Shown here: one piece after another, positions 31,278-51,827 of the stretch
Layout of the letters: each line of letters starts with the position of its first letter
Numbering within the stretch: position 1 is the stretch's first letter
Assembly: GCF_009914755.1 (NCBI RefSeq)
Contig: NC_060942.1
DNA from: the human T2T-CHM13v2.0 reference genome, Homo sapiens
Length of the DNA: 64,000 bases
Direction: 5' to 3' (one strand)
Notes under the pieces: generated by a model
What the model saw: the letters and a program-made list of their open reading frames with translations, nothing else
Told to the model about the DNA's origin: nothing
The model's database searches: none
Position numbers and translations under genes: made by a program

Positions 31278-32107
31278 TCTATTCTTAGATCACTCTCAAT
31301 TCCGGGATTGGGTTTTTGTAAATCAGATTTTATTTTATTTCATATATTTTCTGAAATTTTAAAAATGCCGTTCTGAAAACCTCTTTTCCTACTGTTCTAA
31401 AGGGCCTGGAAGTCTGACAGTTCATGTTGTCCATTTGTACATGAGGGTCAGAGTTGGTATCATATTAATAACATTGCCAAGTGGATAAGCTCTCTTATAG
31501 TTATGAGAGAACTTTATTTTACAGAAAATTCCCTACAGAAAATCCTTTCTTCAAAAATGAGATGATGATGCACTCAGATAGTCCTATGTAAGTTGACCTC
31601 CCCTAGCCCTTCCTACTCATCTGAAGGTAAAAATATTCCTAGGAGGAGTGGTCAACAGTAGGGTCCTGACAGGGGCCAGTGGTGGAGGGAGGTGGTAAAT
31701 CCCATGTCTTACCTCTTATACTTCAAGTCGTCTTTGTGGTATGTGTTCCTAAGAGGGCTCTGTTAAGAAAAATTGGCCTAACAGAAAATAGTGGAGGTGG
31801 CTTTAAAGATAAGAGATTTGTACCTTCTGCTGTGCTGTAACTTTTTTACTGCTACTTCACTGTGGTTGGGGCAGTGGATAAACCCCAGTTTCATAAACCA
31901 AATAAAGCAATTCTGATAAGGTGTGCTTAAGCCACACAGTACTCCTCAGATATACATGAATTGGGAGGTCTTTACATTTTGCATTTAACATGAATGACTT
32001 TTTTGATAATAAACTGGCTATTTGTTTACCCAGTAAATATTAGTCTTTTTTGCCTGCTTATTTTATTTTTTTTTGGCAAGACGCAATGCTTGGTGCTTGG
32101 GTATACA

Positions 32108-32415
32108 TTTTTTTCTTTCTTTTTTTTTTTTTTGAGACAGGATCTCACTCTGTTGCCCAGGCTGGCATGCCGTGGCACAGTTGTGGCTCACTGCAGCCTT
32201 GACCTCTCAGGCTCAGGGAATCCTCCCACCTCAGCCTCCCAGGTAGCTGGGACTACAGGTGTGCACTACCACACCTGGCTAAATTTTGTATTTTTTATAG
32301 AGATGAGATTTCTCCATGTTGCTCAGCCTGGTCTCAAACTCCTGGACTTAAGTAATCTGCCCACCACGGCCTCCCAAAGTGCTGAGATTACAGGCATGAG
32401 CCACCGCACCCAACC
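32108..32415 (-). mobile_element. Alu (J-like)
   Basis: Antisense Alu. Confidence 0.93.
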
Positions 32416-32873
32416 TTGGCTAGAAATTTAATGGTCACCTAGACCTAGGCCAAGAACTTGCTTTTGAGGAGGAATGTAACACAGGGTAGACAAATGCAAG
32501 GATTATAAAAAAGTTTATCAGGAAAGCAGTATAGTAATTCAGAAATGCAGCGGAGGGTTTCACAGAACTCGTGAAAAGATGTTGGATTCAGGTGATTCAT
32601 TCATTCATTCGATGTATATTACATACCGTACTCTAGGTACTGCATGAAGGGCTTTATAGAACAATGAGCAGAAACACACATGCTTACCAGTCATCATCCA
32701 GTGTAGTGAAGGGAGACTGATGAGAAATAAGACATTTAAGTAAGCACTATAAGAACACTGGGTACAACAATAGATACTAATTTTTATGTTTTTTACATTT
32801 TTGGCTTGATTTTCAGGTTACTGTTCAGTATCCTTTACTATAGAAATAGAAAAATTATTTTGAATGTTTTTGA

Positions 32874-33254
<381 letters not shown>

Positions 33255-34326
33255 TGAGTAGCTGTATTGCAATGCTTTGGTAGATAATATAGTGTTGAAA
33301 GTAAGTAAACGACAATCAAAGACTTTAAAGGAAACTTCAGGTAAAATGTTTGGTTGGTTGACAGGGTGCTGTGTCTTATGTCTTTCAATGCAACACCAAG
33401 GACTGTGTTCTGTGGTCGTGGTGGTGGTTCTAAGCTGACTTTAGTTAGAGAACAAGGCGTTGTTCACTAGTCTCACAAGTCATGTATTTTAAAACCTCAA
33501 ATGATTTTATAAGCAGTTTTTGTGACTTTGACCACATTCTCTGAGATTCACGATTCTGATTTTTGGACTTAGGAGGTACAAATTTGATAAGCTTTTTCTG
33601 TGTTTCTGAAATTTTTATTCTTATAAAGAATTCTCACATTGGGTAATTTTCCTTGATGATTCAAGGTGGTTTCCTATATGTGACATGGATATTTTGTGCT
33701 CTTTCGCTAAACTGAGTCATGTTATGTTCCTTGGTTTAAACTTAAATAATAATTATTTAAGCAGGAGAGCATGAGGAAGCTGATATAACTATCTAGAACA
33801 AGAATTCACCAATTTCTACATCAGTTAAAAGTGATGTGTTTTTTGTTTGTTTGTTTTAGTCTGGCAAATATCTACCATTTGTAACTTGAGTAATTTAACA
33901 CGATTCCGGATATTCTTTGTCTAACATTACAGCACTTGTCAAAATTTTCCCCAAAAATGTTGATATCATAGAGGACCTTACCTCTATTTCTACTTGTATC
34001 AGTATTGAGAAATTTGGATGTTAACTCTTAATCAACTGATAGCTATTTAAAATACCATTAATTTTTCATTTAAAAAAATTATGCCTCCCTAAACTCATTG
34101 AAGTACACAGTTGTCCTTTATTAATGTGAATTAATAGGTTTGTTAACTTGTGATCATTTGTCTGTTTATATCTTAATATTTTATGCTTATCTCTGATAAA
34201 GAAATGAATAGAATTAATAGTGTCATTAGTATGAGCTCCATAAGAGAACCAAATTTATAAGCACACCAGAAGTATGCATTTACATAAAAATATTTGACAT
34301 GTTGGTTAAACATTTTTGTCTGGCTG

Positions 34327-34476
34327 TTGTTTTTTTTTTTTTTTTTTTTGAGACAGAGTCTTGCTCTGTAGCCCAGGGTGGAGTGCAGTGGCGCGATCTC
34401 GGCTCACTGCAACCTCTGCCTCCCGGGTCCCGGTTCAAGCAATTCTGCCTCAGTCTCCCAAGTAGCTAGGATTACA
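34327..34476 (-). mobile_element. Truncated Alu (right arm only)
   Basis: Poly(T) and right arm, ending at ggattaca. Confidence 0.9.
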
Positions 34477-34839
34477 AATCCCAGTGACTCTGTTTTGTTT
34501 ACCTAGTTTAACATGGCCATTTTTTTTTTTAAATAATGAGTTTGGAGCAAGGGAGTCTGAAGTAATTTATTTATTTGCTTGTTTTTTAAATTGAACATCT
34601 TCAAAGGCCAGAGAAAGAGCCCTTTGTCTTATCCCCTCACTTATTTTAACCCAACTTAGTATAATTTGTGTCTGTGGTTTCCATATTTAAATTTATTCTT
34701 TTTTATAAATTTTCTTTTTCCTTTTGACCTATTTATTTGTGCATGATATTTAAACTTAGATTCTAGGTTTATACCCTAAGTTTTGTGAACGCAAGAGAAA
34801 ACAACATTTTCCTTTTGCCAAAAATAAATAAATAAAGCT

Positions 34840-34961
34840 TTTATTACAAGGGAACGGTAAACTCATGGTGACTAGTTACCATTTCTAATTGGTGCATTAA
34901 TGAGTAAAGTGTAGAATTCAGAGATTTATGTCAGCCATCTCTTCAGCGATCCATCTAGAAG
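34840..34961 (+). repeat. ~122-bp direct repeat, copy 1 (copy 2 at 37413-37534)
   Basis: Shared taaagtgtagaattcagagattta and catctcttcagcgatccatctagaag. Confidence 0.92.
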
Positions 34962-35194
34962 GCTCAGAAAAGCTAAATGCTCCTGTTACTTTATTCTCTT
35001 CTCCCCTGAGGGAAGGGTGTCTTCTGATTTATATATTGTGCTAAAGTTGCAGTTTTCCAAATATTAACATTAAAATGGGGAAAGTCTCTGATTTTACTTC
35101 TTCAGAGACTGCATAGTAAGCTTTTTGGATAGAGTAGTATTGGAAGAACACATACTGGAGTTTTGCAAAATGGAAATGGTGTAAGGAAAGTTAA

Positions 35195-35458
<264 letters not shown>

Positions 35459-35859
35459 TGAGGACTGGTATTAAAACGAGCCAGAATGTCACAGGGCCCC
35501 GGAGCATTTTGTTCTTTTGCCTTTCCTTGTGTCTTTGCTAGGGAAGACTCTTCCAGGAACCCAGGATGTTAGTCAGTTACCTTCTGTTCGGAAGATGTGG
35601 GCGAAGTAGGGGTAAGATTCCTCATTGCTAATGACACAAGATTGGTGCACTTCCAGCCTAAGGCACGTGAGCATTATTTAGTTGCTGAGTTGAAAAATAC
35701 AAAATACAATTTTTTTCCCTCTCTGAATTACTAATAATCTCTTTCTAAACTTTGATCTTGGCTAACAATTGACTTATACAAAAGTTACTGCCTTAAATAT
35801 CAGGGCAACATGAGCTTTGAAATACTAGGAGCTTTTATCACATTTTCATGTGCTTAATT

Positions 35860-36040
35860 TGGCTCAGTACTGCGTTAAGAACTTTATACACGCTTTTCCA
35901 TTTCATCCTCAGAACAACCCTGTGACATAGGTGTAAAATTGTCATCTGCATGTTATAGAAAAAATAAACAGGGATCTAAGAGGGCTTCAAGCAACTTCCT
36001 GTGCTTGCCCAGTGAGTGAGCCTGGGTTGTCTCACTCCAG
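35860..36040. mobile_element. MIR
   Basis: catttcatcctcagaacaaccctgtgacatagg motif. Confidence 0.65.
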
Positions 36041-36513
36041 AACCAGAAATGCGCTGGCCTTTGGAGTCTACTTCTTTGCATATCTTTTTATCTGCTTGTT
36101 TGAGGTTATGAGGATTTGTAGAAAAATGAAACTATAAGAAATTAATCATACCTATGAAATAAGATAGCTGTTATAGTAGCTGCTCCATCTACATTGTTAC
36201 CAAGAGTTATCAGGGAATCAGTTTGAGATTTTAACAACATCTGTCCTCCAGTTAACCAGGCACTCTGAGAAATCAGCCCCCATGAGTCCTTTTGAAGATT
36301 TTTGCCTAGAAATGCTTTCATGGGCACAGGAATAATTTGTTTTTTTGGGGGTGGGGATGCAGGCAGTGGAGTGTATATTACTTTCCCAGTCATTTTTCTC
36401 CTTCATAAAGTGACTCCTTAAATCTGAAGACCATGCAGAGCAGTTTTCTAAGCGCTTTGTATATGGAAGATGTGTTTTAGAGATTATACTAGCAGTTGAA
36501 AATTGAGATATAA

Positions 36514-36858
<345 letters not shown>

Positions 36859-36862
36859 TTAA

Positions 36863-37321
<459 letters not shown>

Positions 37322-37412
37322 TAGATTTCTTCAAGTTCTGAGTAGCTTTGAACACGATGCTACAGGGTTTAGTGTTTAACAGAGATTTGCTGGGTTTAGT
37401 GTTTAACAGATA

Positions 37413-37534
37413 TTTATTACAAGGGGAAAGTAAATTCATGGTGACAGGTTACTGTTTCTAATTGGTGCATTGACGAATAAAGTGTAGAATTCAGAGATTT
37501 ACCTCAGTCATCTCTTCAGCGATCCATCTAGAAG
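37413..37534 (+). repeat. ~122-bp direct repeat, copy 2
   Basis: Matches 34840-34961. Confidence 0.92.
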
Positions 37535-39887
37535 CCTAAAGTTTAAAATTGTGTGCAGCAGGGCAGTGAGACCCCTTAGCTTTGGACATTTGTTAGAATT
37601 CTCTCTCTTTATTCTGCTGATGAATGAATGCTCTAAATTGGGTTTTGAAGTTGTTAAACAGAAATGTGAAAATCAGAATTTATATTTTGTTATACTTGCC
37701 ATTTGAGTAATTTTTCATTTTAAAACAAAATTGCTTAACTTTTGGTTAAGCTAATAAGTTTTTTTCCCAAAAATCTTACTTTGACATGGTTTTAGTTTGT
37801 GCCACGACTAATTCCTATAGAGGATTGAGTGAATACTAAACATAAGCAGTCATTCCTTGTTGTCAAGATGGTTCTAGAAATAAGGAAGCCACAGCTTCAT
37901 CAAAGGATTCCTGTAAATATGGTTTTTGGAGGTACATAGTCCACATTATAGCTCTTAGTAGATATGTAGTCTATTTGGGGGTAGATAATTGTGATCAGAG
38001 TGCAGAGGGTAGGTGCTAGAACTCCTTCACAGTTAAGCGGCACTTAACACAGTTAAGTTTTAAGAAAAAACACACAAGATCTGTGACTACGGTTATTTAG
38101 TGAGCTGTAGCTTTAGGGCCAGACAAAATATGATGAGTGTTTCTGTTTGGCTCTTCCCAAAGGCCCAGAGGATGAAAAGATTTTAAGGCTAACTTGAAAT
38201 ATGGTTGTTATTATCCCCAAGGTGCCCAGACAGCAGCGTTTCATTGCTCTTCCCAGGTATGTGTAGGACGGTATCAGAAATGACCATGTCATCCTTCATT
38301 TGCAGATGAGGAACTCTGCCCAGGGAGGCTGTGATATAGCCCTTGCCAAAGGCTTTTTGTAAGGCCTTGAAGGCCCTGACTCAGTTTATGAAACTTACAT
38401 GACTCCTTCCAATGAATTTGCTTACAAAGAATTTTTTTTCTTTTCAGTGAACATTTAGGTTAGAAATAGGGCCCCTTGAGCTCTTTTTATCAACACGTAC
38501 TCACAGAACATGGTCTAGGGGCTTTAATTTAGGGCAGGTGCATTATATGACACCATCTTTGTTTCTTCGGTGACTCAGAATCTGTGAAATTATTTGAACA
38601 GCTGCTTTTGTGTAAGCTTGCTAACATGCAGGGTGACTGTCTCAATCTGTGCCCGTCAGTGTTCATTCTTCTGTACTCGTTATTTTCAAATCCTGTTGAG
38701 TGCCCACTTTTTCTTTTAGTTTTGTTAACTTTTTACATACTTTGCCTTTCGTTGTTTGGGACTCTGTAGAGTGAATATAGGAGGATTTCTTCCACAGATC
38801 TGCTCCTGTCGTGCCACTTGCATAAACCTCATTGTGGTGACTTGGCTGTTTTCTGTTATGGCCTCAGTTGATGTTGCAGTGAGTGCTACACCATGATGGT
38901 GAGGTCCGTTTGCACCCCAGCTGGTGAGCACAGGATCCTCTTTGCCAAACTGCAGAAAGAATTCCCTTGTCTCGCTGCCTCCGCTTCTCCCCACTGCGTG
39001 TCTATAGTACTGTGCCTCGAACCTTCTCTGCCCACTTGTGTTGTCCTTACAGCTGATCCTATTTTCCTTGACTCCTCCCATGTGACTTACTACATTGCTG
39101 GGGGGAATGAATGTGTGAATACAGTACCTAGCATGTGGCAAACGCTGTCTAAGTAAGGGTGTGATGGTGTTTATTATTCCTGCTGAGTGCTTAAGCATGG
39201 GAAGTCAGGTATCACATTTTCGTGTTTTGTTTTTTTTTTTCTTTTGGGGAAAAAGAACTTGTTTGGTGTTGAGAGCTGTCAATAAAGCAAGGCCTGTGAT
39301 TGGCAAAATTGGTTATGGGTGTAGCTATAGGAGATGTATGTACTATACAGCTGTTTACTTATCCCTGAATTTCCACAATGCAAACAATGTTTGGGAGGCT
39401 GACCAATGGGTTATATAGGAATCTCAATTTTCAAATGTGAATTGGTAGTTATAATTTTGAATTTCTGTATTTTCCATTAATGTTCACTTAATTTTCATTC
39501 AGTTAGACCTATGGTAGTGTTATGTCCATTAAGATACAAGCAATTAATGAGTATTTTTCTTGATTATTTTTACAATATTAGGGACAAGTCTGTATTTTCA
39601 TAAACTGTTTTCAGTTGTCTCTGCTCTTTCTTCTTTAAGCAATACAGATTTACACAACTTTTTTCTCTTTCAGCTTTAACAATCTGCTTTGTATGTGACA
39701 TGTAAGGATTTGGTTTTCTGTAAATACATACTTTCACACACATACCTTATATGGTGTGACTAGTAATGTAACTAATTTTTAATATTATTTACCTCTAAAT
39801 AAGTGTTCAGATATTCAAATAAATGAAAGTCGTTTTCTATAAAGTTAATGAACATATTCTAACAAAGTTCCTATGCAAGCATTTTGA

Positions 39888-40140
<253 letters not shown>

Positions 40141-43035
40141 TTATTTTGAAACAGTCTCCTGAGCTTGAGCCCATACGTTGTGAATATCCTGCATGCTGAC
40201 ATTTTAAAGCCTTAGGTTTGGTTTTTGGAAATCGAAATCTGGGCCTAGCACAGGACTGGCCCTCAATGTATGTTGGCTGAATGAATAGATGAAGCTACTG
40301 GTAGAAAAATCTATTGCTGTATGTCATTTCTTTTTTCAGAAATGATGTTGGTTATCAAGGACTATTTACTTTTCTTGTGGCACCTAAATGTGTTTCTGAA
40401 GTCAGTTCCAAAGAAGAAGTTGCAAAAATGTCTTGATAATTGAAATAAGAAGATGATCTCCTAAGAAGGGGACCAAATCAGCTATTTAAATTCCAGTATG
40501 CTGGCTAAACAATCAGTTTCATTTCTTGAGAGTCACATTTTTATTTCAAAGATGGGATTATAAAGAACCGAATTAAATTTAATTGAAGTAAAAAAGTAAA
40601 TACATTAAATGAACTTTATCTGTTATATTTGTATTGGTGTATATTTGTCACATACACATACATGCAAATAGATGTTAACATACACACAGACATAGGTAAA
40701 AATCATGTTGGTGTCTTCACCTCATCTGCAGCTCTTGGCTCTGAGTGAGCTCCAGATATATGGGCAGTATCGTCTGTAGGGAGTCAAGAATGGAACAGTT
40801 CGGATTGCAGTAAAGGCTAGGGAGTCCTGCAACGTTGAAGTCATCAAGTAGCTATGGTCCTGCCCTTGGAGCCTCATTATATAATCTTTCTCCTATTTGA
40901 AGCTGCCTTGTTTGTTTTTTCAGAAGAGACACAGCCCTCTCTGCCCGTCCACCACTCTGTTGTGTCCTCCCCTTCCCTCACTCCGTTCCTGCTGAGAAAG
41001 GGACAGTGATAGGATGTGCTTCCCCCAAACCCTCTCAGTGTCTGTGGGGATGGCTTTGATGCTTGACCTTTACGTCGCCATATTCATGTCACCCAGGTTT
41101 GCTGGTTCCTTTCAAGAGGGTGGAGGTTCTTCCCCCTCATTTTCAATTCCCTACGAAGCTCTGTGTGAAAGACTTTCTTTACACTTCTATCCCCGGTGTG
41201 CCTGTGTTCTGTCTCTGGACCTTACTTCCATCCATGACTTCGGGTGCCATCAACTGTGAGAGGTGCCTTTTAAAAGTGGGCTTTAGTGTTTTCTTTCTGT
41301 ATGTTTATTAAGATAAAGTTCCAGTTTCCATCAGTGACCCCCAGAATTAGTGGGAGGTCTCTGTGATTCTTCAGCCCATCAGTTCATCATTGTGACAGGG
41401 ACAGGAGAGCAGACGTTGACCCCTTTGGTGATTTATTTATCAGATAGAAGAAAGAACAGGGAGACCCCGGGGGATCATGGAGAATATGGCCAGTGCAGAA
41501 GGGCCTGTGCTGTCCCCCATCTCTAGGGTACGTTGACATTATCAGAGCTGTTTGGTGGCTGTGTTTCTTTGCATCTGTTGAAGGGCAAGCCTGCCTCTTG
41601 TATTTGGAACAGCATGCCTTGTCAGCATGATGTAATGTTTTTATTTATAGGATCAGGAAAAAGGCAATGCAGGAAGAGAAATAATTCCCTAAAGTTCTGT
41701 TCATTGTAGTCTTCTCTTCCTGCATCCTACGTGGTTCTGTTAATGCTCAGGCACCAAAAAAGGAGGTTTCTGTTTATTTTTAGAACTATACAAAATGAGA
41801 GATTGATCTAATTTGGTGTAGAGGATATGAAGGATGTATTTGTATCTCACTTTCCAGTGAGATAAATCCATATTGTGTGGCTTAATGACCGTTTACCGAA
41901 ATGAGAAGATGTTAGTAACCCCACTACACTTGCTGTCCTTTTAACCCTACCTATCTGTTGGGTTGAAAAGCAAGTAGAAGGTTAATATTGATTTATATCC
42001 CTAAGCTTATTATGTGTGCCTAAGAGGATGAGCTTTCCCTTGCCTACATGGTCCTAAGGGTAGGGGGCAAAAGCATAATCTATTGCTAGGTGACCTTTCT
42101 AGCAATATTGCTAAAGCGATTCTGCCACTCAGCAGCATTAGTGCTGAATTGCCTGTAAGTAAGTGGGTTGTTGCAGTGTGTCCTTCTGCTTGCTACAGGT
42201 GACAAGGAGATCCTCTCATTTCAAAACACATACATAATTATTTTAAGATGTTAAGCAATGTCATAAAAGTAACCTAGTGATAATTACATTCTAAGCTGTT
42301 TTACTTAAAATTATTTTGTAATCTTTATACATACGAGACTTTCTGCATTTTGTTTACAAATCTGATGTTTACAAGTATTAACATAATTTTTTAAGTAAAT
42401 AATTGACATGCAGGCAGACTACTTAGATTTCCCTTGTGTTAATAATCTACTATTTTCCTGTTGTTGGGAAATTGTGGCTGGGATATTTGACTGTTGTTTC
42501 CCAATATTTCAATGTGATAGCAAGTACTGCAATAAATATTTCAGTATATATATTTTTAGCTCCTTATTAGATTATAGCTCCAGTGGTAGCATTGCTAAAA
42601 TCAAGGACTATAAACAGCTCTGTGTAGCTCTTAAATGATGAGAAATTCTCAAGAAATAGGGGGCCAGAATATAATTATTCATTATTTTATGCATGGTATC
42701 TACTCTACCCCATAGTTTTGTTTGCCTATTTTTATTTCCATAATGATACAAATTAAAGCAGTTTAACATTTTTAAAAATACTGCTGAAAAGATATCCATG
42801 TTTTGTATCAGAACTCTCAGTATTGTTAAGATGGCAGTACTTTCCTAATTGAGCTACAGATTGAATGCAGTGTCTGTCACAATCACAGCATTTTATTTTT
42901 TTTTGCAGAGATTAACAAACTGATCCTAAACTCAAGGGCCCCAAAATAGCCAAAATAATATTGAAAAAGAAGGAAAAAATGGAAAGTGGAAAAAGAAAAC
43001 TCCACTTCCTACTCTCAAAACTTACTACAAAGTAA

Positions 43036-43760
<725 letters not shown>

Positions 43761-44133
43761 TGTGCTGGGACAACTGAGTATTCACAGATGCAAAAGAATG
43801 AAGTTGGACCCTTATACTATACAAGAAAATTAACTCAAAGCGGATCATAGACCTAAATGTAAGATCTAAAACTGTAGAACCCTTGGGTTAGGCCTTGGTT
43901 TCCTAGACATGACACTAAAAGCACAATGACAAAAGAATAAATAAATTGAACTACATCAAAATGAAACATTTGCGCTATAAACAATACAATCAAGAAAGTG
44001 AAAAGACAACCCATAGAATGGGAGAAAATATTTGCAAGTTATATATCTGATACGGGACTTGTATTCTGAATATGTAAAGAACTGTTACAACTCAATAATA
44101 AAAAGACAAGCCAATTTAAAAATGGACAATGGG

Positions 44134-44515
<382 letters not shown>

Positions 44516-45129
44516 TCACTAAGGAAACAAATCAAAACCAAGTAAGCTACTGTTTCACACCCACCAAGCTAACTACAGTAGGCAAGACAGCCAATAGCAA
44601 GTGTGGGCAGGATGCAGAGTGATTGGAACCCTCATTCATTGCCAGTGAGAATGTGAAATGGTGTGGCTGCTCTGGACCCAGTTCAACAGTTCCTCAAAAT
44701 GTCAAACTATATGAAACAGCAATTTCACTCCTAGGAATATGCACAAGAGAAATAAAAACACCACTCCATATTATTATCCATAATAGCCAAAAAGTGGCAA
44801 CAGCTCAGATGTCTATCAACTGATGAATGGATAAACAACATGTGATACATTCATACAATGGAATATTATTCAGCAATAGAAAGGAATGAAGTACAGATAC
44901 ATACTATAGCATGGAGGAACCTTGAAAACATGTTATGTGTAAAAAGTCAGTCACAAAGACCATATACTATATGATTCCATTTATATGACATCTTTAGGAC
45001 GGGTACATCTACAGAGGCAGAAAATAGATTATTGCTTGCTTCAGTGTGGAGGTAGGTGAGGGAACAGTGTGGAGTGACTGCTAATGGATACATGGTACAT
45101 AGTTTCTTTGGGGGAATGAAAATATTTCA

Positions 45130-45370
45130 GGCAGAGCACAATGGCTCACACCTGTAATCTCAGCACTTTGGGAAGCTGAGGTGAGTGGACCAGTTGAGCC
45201 CAGAAGTTTGATACAAGCCTGGCAATGTGGCGAAACCCCATTTCTACAAAAAATTAGCTGGGCGCACAGCTGTAGTCCCAGCTCTTTGGAAGGCTGAGGT
45301 GGGAGGATCATCTGAGCCCAGGATGTTGAGCCTGTAGTGAGCCGTGAAGGCACGAGACCCTGTTTCAAAA
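45130..45370 (+). mobile_element. Degenerate Alu (J-like)
   Basis: Alu consensus with deletions. Confidence 0.85.
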
Positions 45371-45524
45371 ATATGTATATTTTAAACTTAGATTGTAGTA
45401 GTAGTTGCATAGCTATAATATTACTGTATGAGTATTCTAAAGACTTATTAAATTGTACACTTTAAGTGGGTGAATTTTGTGATTTTTGAATTTTATCTCA
45501 ATAAAGATGTTTTATAAAAGTATT

Positions 45525-45913
<389 letters not shown>

Positions 45914-45923
45914 CTAAGATATA

Positions 45924-48619
<2,696 letters not shown>

Positions 48620-49091
48620 TATTTCTTATATATTTGTCCAAATTCTAAATGTATAATATAAATATTAGTGAAGTTAATTATATTTTCTGTCTATTACTTT
48701 CATTGTGAGAATTAACATTGCCTTTAATCGTAGGAACTTTGAACATTCAGACATATTCACATTGTTGTTATAATGATAGACTCATTTCTCCAGAAATGAA
48801 ATTTATCTTCCATCCCAAACTAAGATTTATAGACTATTCTGTTTTTAAATTGTAAACGGATGTTTAAAAACTATCTTACTGTATTTTCATGCCTCTTTGC
48901 ATGTATGAGATGTACATATGGTTTTATTCTGATCCCTTCTGTAAATCAGGGATGTGCGTTTGTTTCGAGGGTATTTTCTCTTCCTGTCATTGAATCAAAT
49001 TCTTAAAATAGATAAAATCTTTCTTTTTACTTTTTATATTTTATCTGTATACTTTTTAAGTGAATATTATATAGCTTTGATAATTGTGATA

Positions 49092-50346
49092 AGGGGACTT
49101 CAAAAACTTCATTGACAAATGGAATTAAAAGATAAAATTATAAAACATAAACTTTATCAACATAAGCTCTACCAAGTTCCAGACTCTTTTGTAAGCGATG
49201 ATACCAGCCATTTAGTCCATCCTTAAAGAACTGTGGGTCCTGGGAATTTAACCATGTCAGTGCAGTCTTTTTTACATAATTAACTGAAGAAAAATTGGTG
49301 CCCTTTAAAATTAGGAAACAAGAAGTCAAAGGGAGCCAAATCAGGACTGTAAGGTGAATGCCTAATGATTCCCAAGGAAATTCTCACAAAATTGGCCTTT
49401 TTCGATGAGAGGAATGGACAGGAGCATTGTCACAGTGGAGGACTCTCTGGTGAAGCTGTCCGGGGTGTTTTGCTGCTAAACCTTTGGCTAACTTTCTTAA
49501 AACAATCTCATAAGTAGCAGATGTTATCATTCTTTGTCCCCACGCCCAGAAAATCAACAAGCAAAATGCCTTGAGCATCCCAAAAAAACTGTTGCCATCA
49601 CCTTTGCTCTTGCTGTCTTTGCTGTGACTAGGCCACTCCCACCTCTTTGTAGCCATTGCTTAGATTGTGCTTTGTCTTCAGGATTGTAGTGGTAAATCCA
49701 CATTTCATCTCCTATTACAGTTCCTTGAAGAAACACTTCAGGATCTTGATCCCACTTATTTACAATTTCCATTGAAAGCTGTGCCCATGTCTGCAGCTGA
49801 TCTGGGTGCAGTGGTTTTGGCACCCATCAAGTGAAACTTTGCTCATCTTTTTTGGTCAGAATGGTGTAAGCTGAACCAATTGAGATGTCTATGGTGTTGG
49901 CTATTATTTATAGTCCTCTTCAATTAGGGCATGAACAAGATTAATATTTTCTTTGCAAATCTGTGTAGATGGTCTGCCACCATGGGCTTCATCTTCAACA
50001 TCGTCTTGGCCCTTCGTAAACTTATACATTTGCAAACTGCTGATTTCTTTGGGGAATTATTCCTATAAACTTTTTGTAAAGTGTCAGTGATTTCACCATT
50101 CTTTCACCCAAGCTTCACCATAGGTTTTATGTTTGTTCTTGCTTCCATTTAAATGCAGAATTTATGTTGCTCTGATAGGGGCTCTTTTCAAGTTGATGTC
50201 TTATGCTTCTTAGTGCCTCAAACTAGATCCTGCTCAGACATGTTATAGCAAGTTAGTATGGGCTTATTTTGGTGTAAAAAAATTTGAAATTCATGCATAG
50301 TTTTATTATAATGCACATTTTCTATGACCATTTTGAAGACCCTGCC
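49092..50346 (-). mobile_element. Near-full-length Hsmar2 mariner transposon (dead)
   Basis: TIR-like ends aggggacttcaaaaacttcat / ttttctatgaccattttgaagaccc. Mariner motifs in ORFs 49554..49823 (PKPLHPDQL...GDEMWIYHYNPEDKAQSKQW...KVMATVF), 49384..49656 (HCDNAPVH) and 49138..49329. Confidence 0.93.
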
Positions 50347-50684
50347 TATGTCTTAAATAAAACAAGAATATCATGATTGCCTTTTAAATATATATTATAT
50401 TATTTTTTATCCACTTGTTCTCTCACATATATACATAACTATCAGTTTCTCAGGTTCTCTGTTAATGGGAAATTTAAATTGATACTATGTTTATAATATT
50501 TCTTATCAGTCACTGAGGATATGTCTTCATTTAGTCATGTCACCTTTTATTTCTCCCATTTTGACTATAAAATTTTTGCATATGTCTGTCCTGTCGTATA
50601 TAGCAAGCAGGGGTCCAGATGAGATAAGTACTTTGTGAAAGTGTACATAGTTATTTTAGGATTAAGGAAGACCTAGAATTCAGG

Positions 50685-50975
50685 CTTTCTTTCTTTCCTT
50701 TCTTTTCCTTCCCTCCCTCCCTCCCTCCCTCCCTCCCTCCCTCCTTCCTTCCTTCCTCCTTTCCTTTCTTTTCTTTCTCCTTTCCTTTCCTTTCTTTTCT
50801 CCTCTCCCTTCCCTCTCCTCTCCTATCCTCTCCTCTCCCCTCCCCTCCCGTCCCCTCCCCTCCCCTCCCCTCCCCTCTCCTCTCCTCTCCTCTCCCTTTC
50901 TTGCTTTCTTTTCCTCTCTCCCTCCCTTTCTTTCTTCTTTTCTCTTCTCTTCTGTTTGTCTCTTTTTCATCTCTT
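50685..50975. repeat. ~290-bp polypyrimidine compound microsatellite (CTTT/CCCT/CCTT/CCTCT/CCCCT)
   Basis: Almost purine-free on the + strand; sits in the tail position of the adjacent Alu. Confidence 0.95.
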
Positions 50976-51316
<341 letters not shown>

Positions 51317-51331
51317 TAATAAGTTAGAGGA

Positions 51332-51332
<1 letters not shown>

Positions 51333-51377
<45 letters not shown>

Positions 51378-51440
51378 CTATACACGTATATACATATAAC
51401 ATATATACATATATATAACATATATACATATATATATATA

Positions 51441-51482
<42 letters not shown>

Positions 51483-51483
51483 G
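51333..51483. repeat. (TG)n-(TA)-rich-(TG)n compound microsatellite
   Basis: Read directly from the sequence. Confidence 0.95.
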
Positions 51484-51827
51484 TCTTAGTTTGGGCTGCT
51501 ATAAAAGAATACTATAGATTGGGTGACTAAAACAACACACTTTTATTTCTCACAGTTCTGGAGGCATGAGATCCAGGTGCCAGAAGATTGGGTGTCTAGT
51601 GAGGACCATGTCCTGGTTCATAGATGATGGCTTCTCACTGTGTCCTCAGATGGTGGAAAGGGGGCTAGAGAGCACTCAGGGGTCTCTTTTATGAGGGCAC
51701 AAATTGCATTCATGAGGGCTCCACCCTCATGATCTGATGACCTCACAAAACTCCCACCTCCTAATACAGTTCCAGTGAGGGTTAGGATTTCATGTATCAA
51801 TTTTGTGAGGCAGGAGCATTCCATAAC
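51482..51827 (-). mobile_element. MLT1A-like MaLR solo LTR
   Basis: tgtcttagtttgggctgctataaaagaatac...tttctcacagttctggaggc...ccataaca. Confidence 0.82.

Noticed and set aside
49138-49823. SETMAR-like mariner ORFs
   Set aside because: They are frameshifted pieces of a dead Hsmar2.
50680-50970. 96-aa Lys/Arg/Glu/Gly-rich ORF
   Set aside because: It is a translation of the purine strand of a microsatellite.
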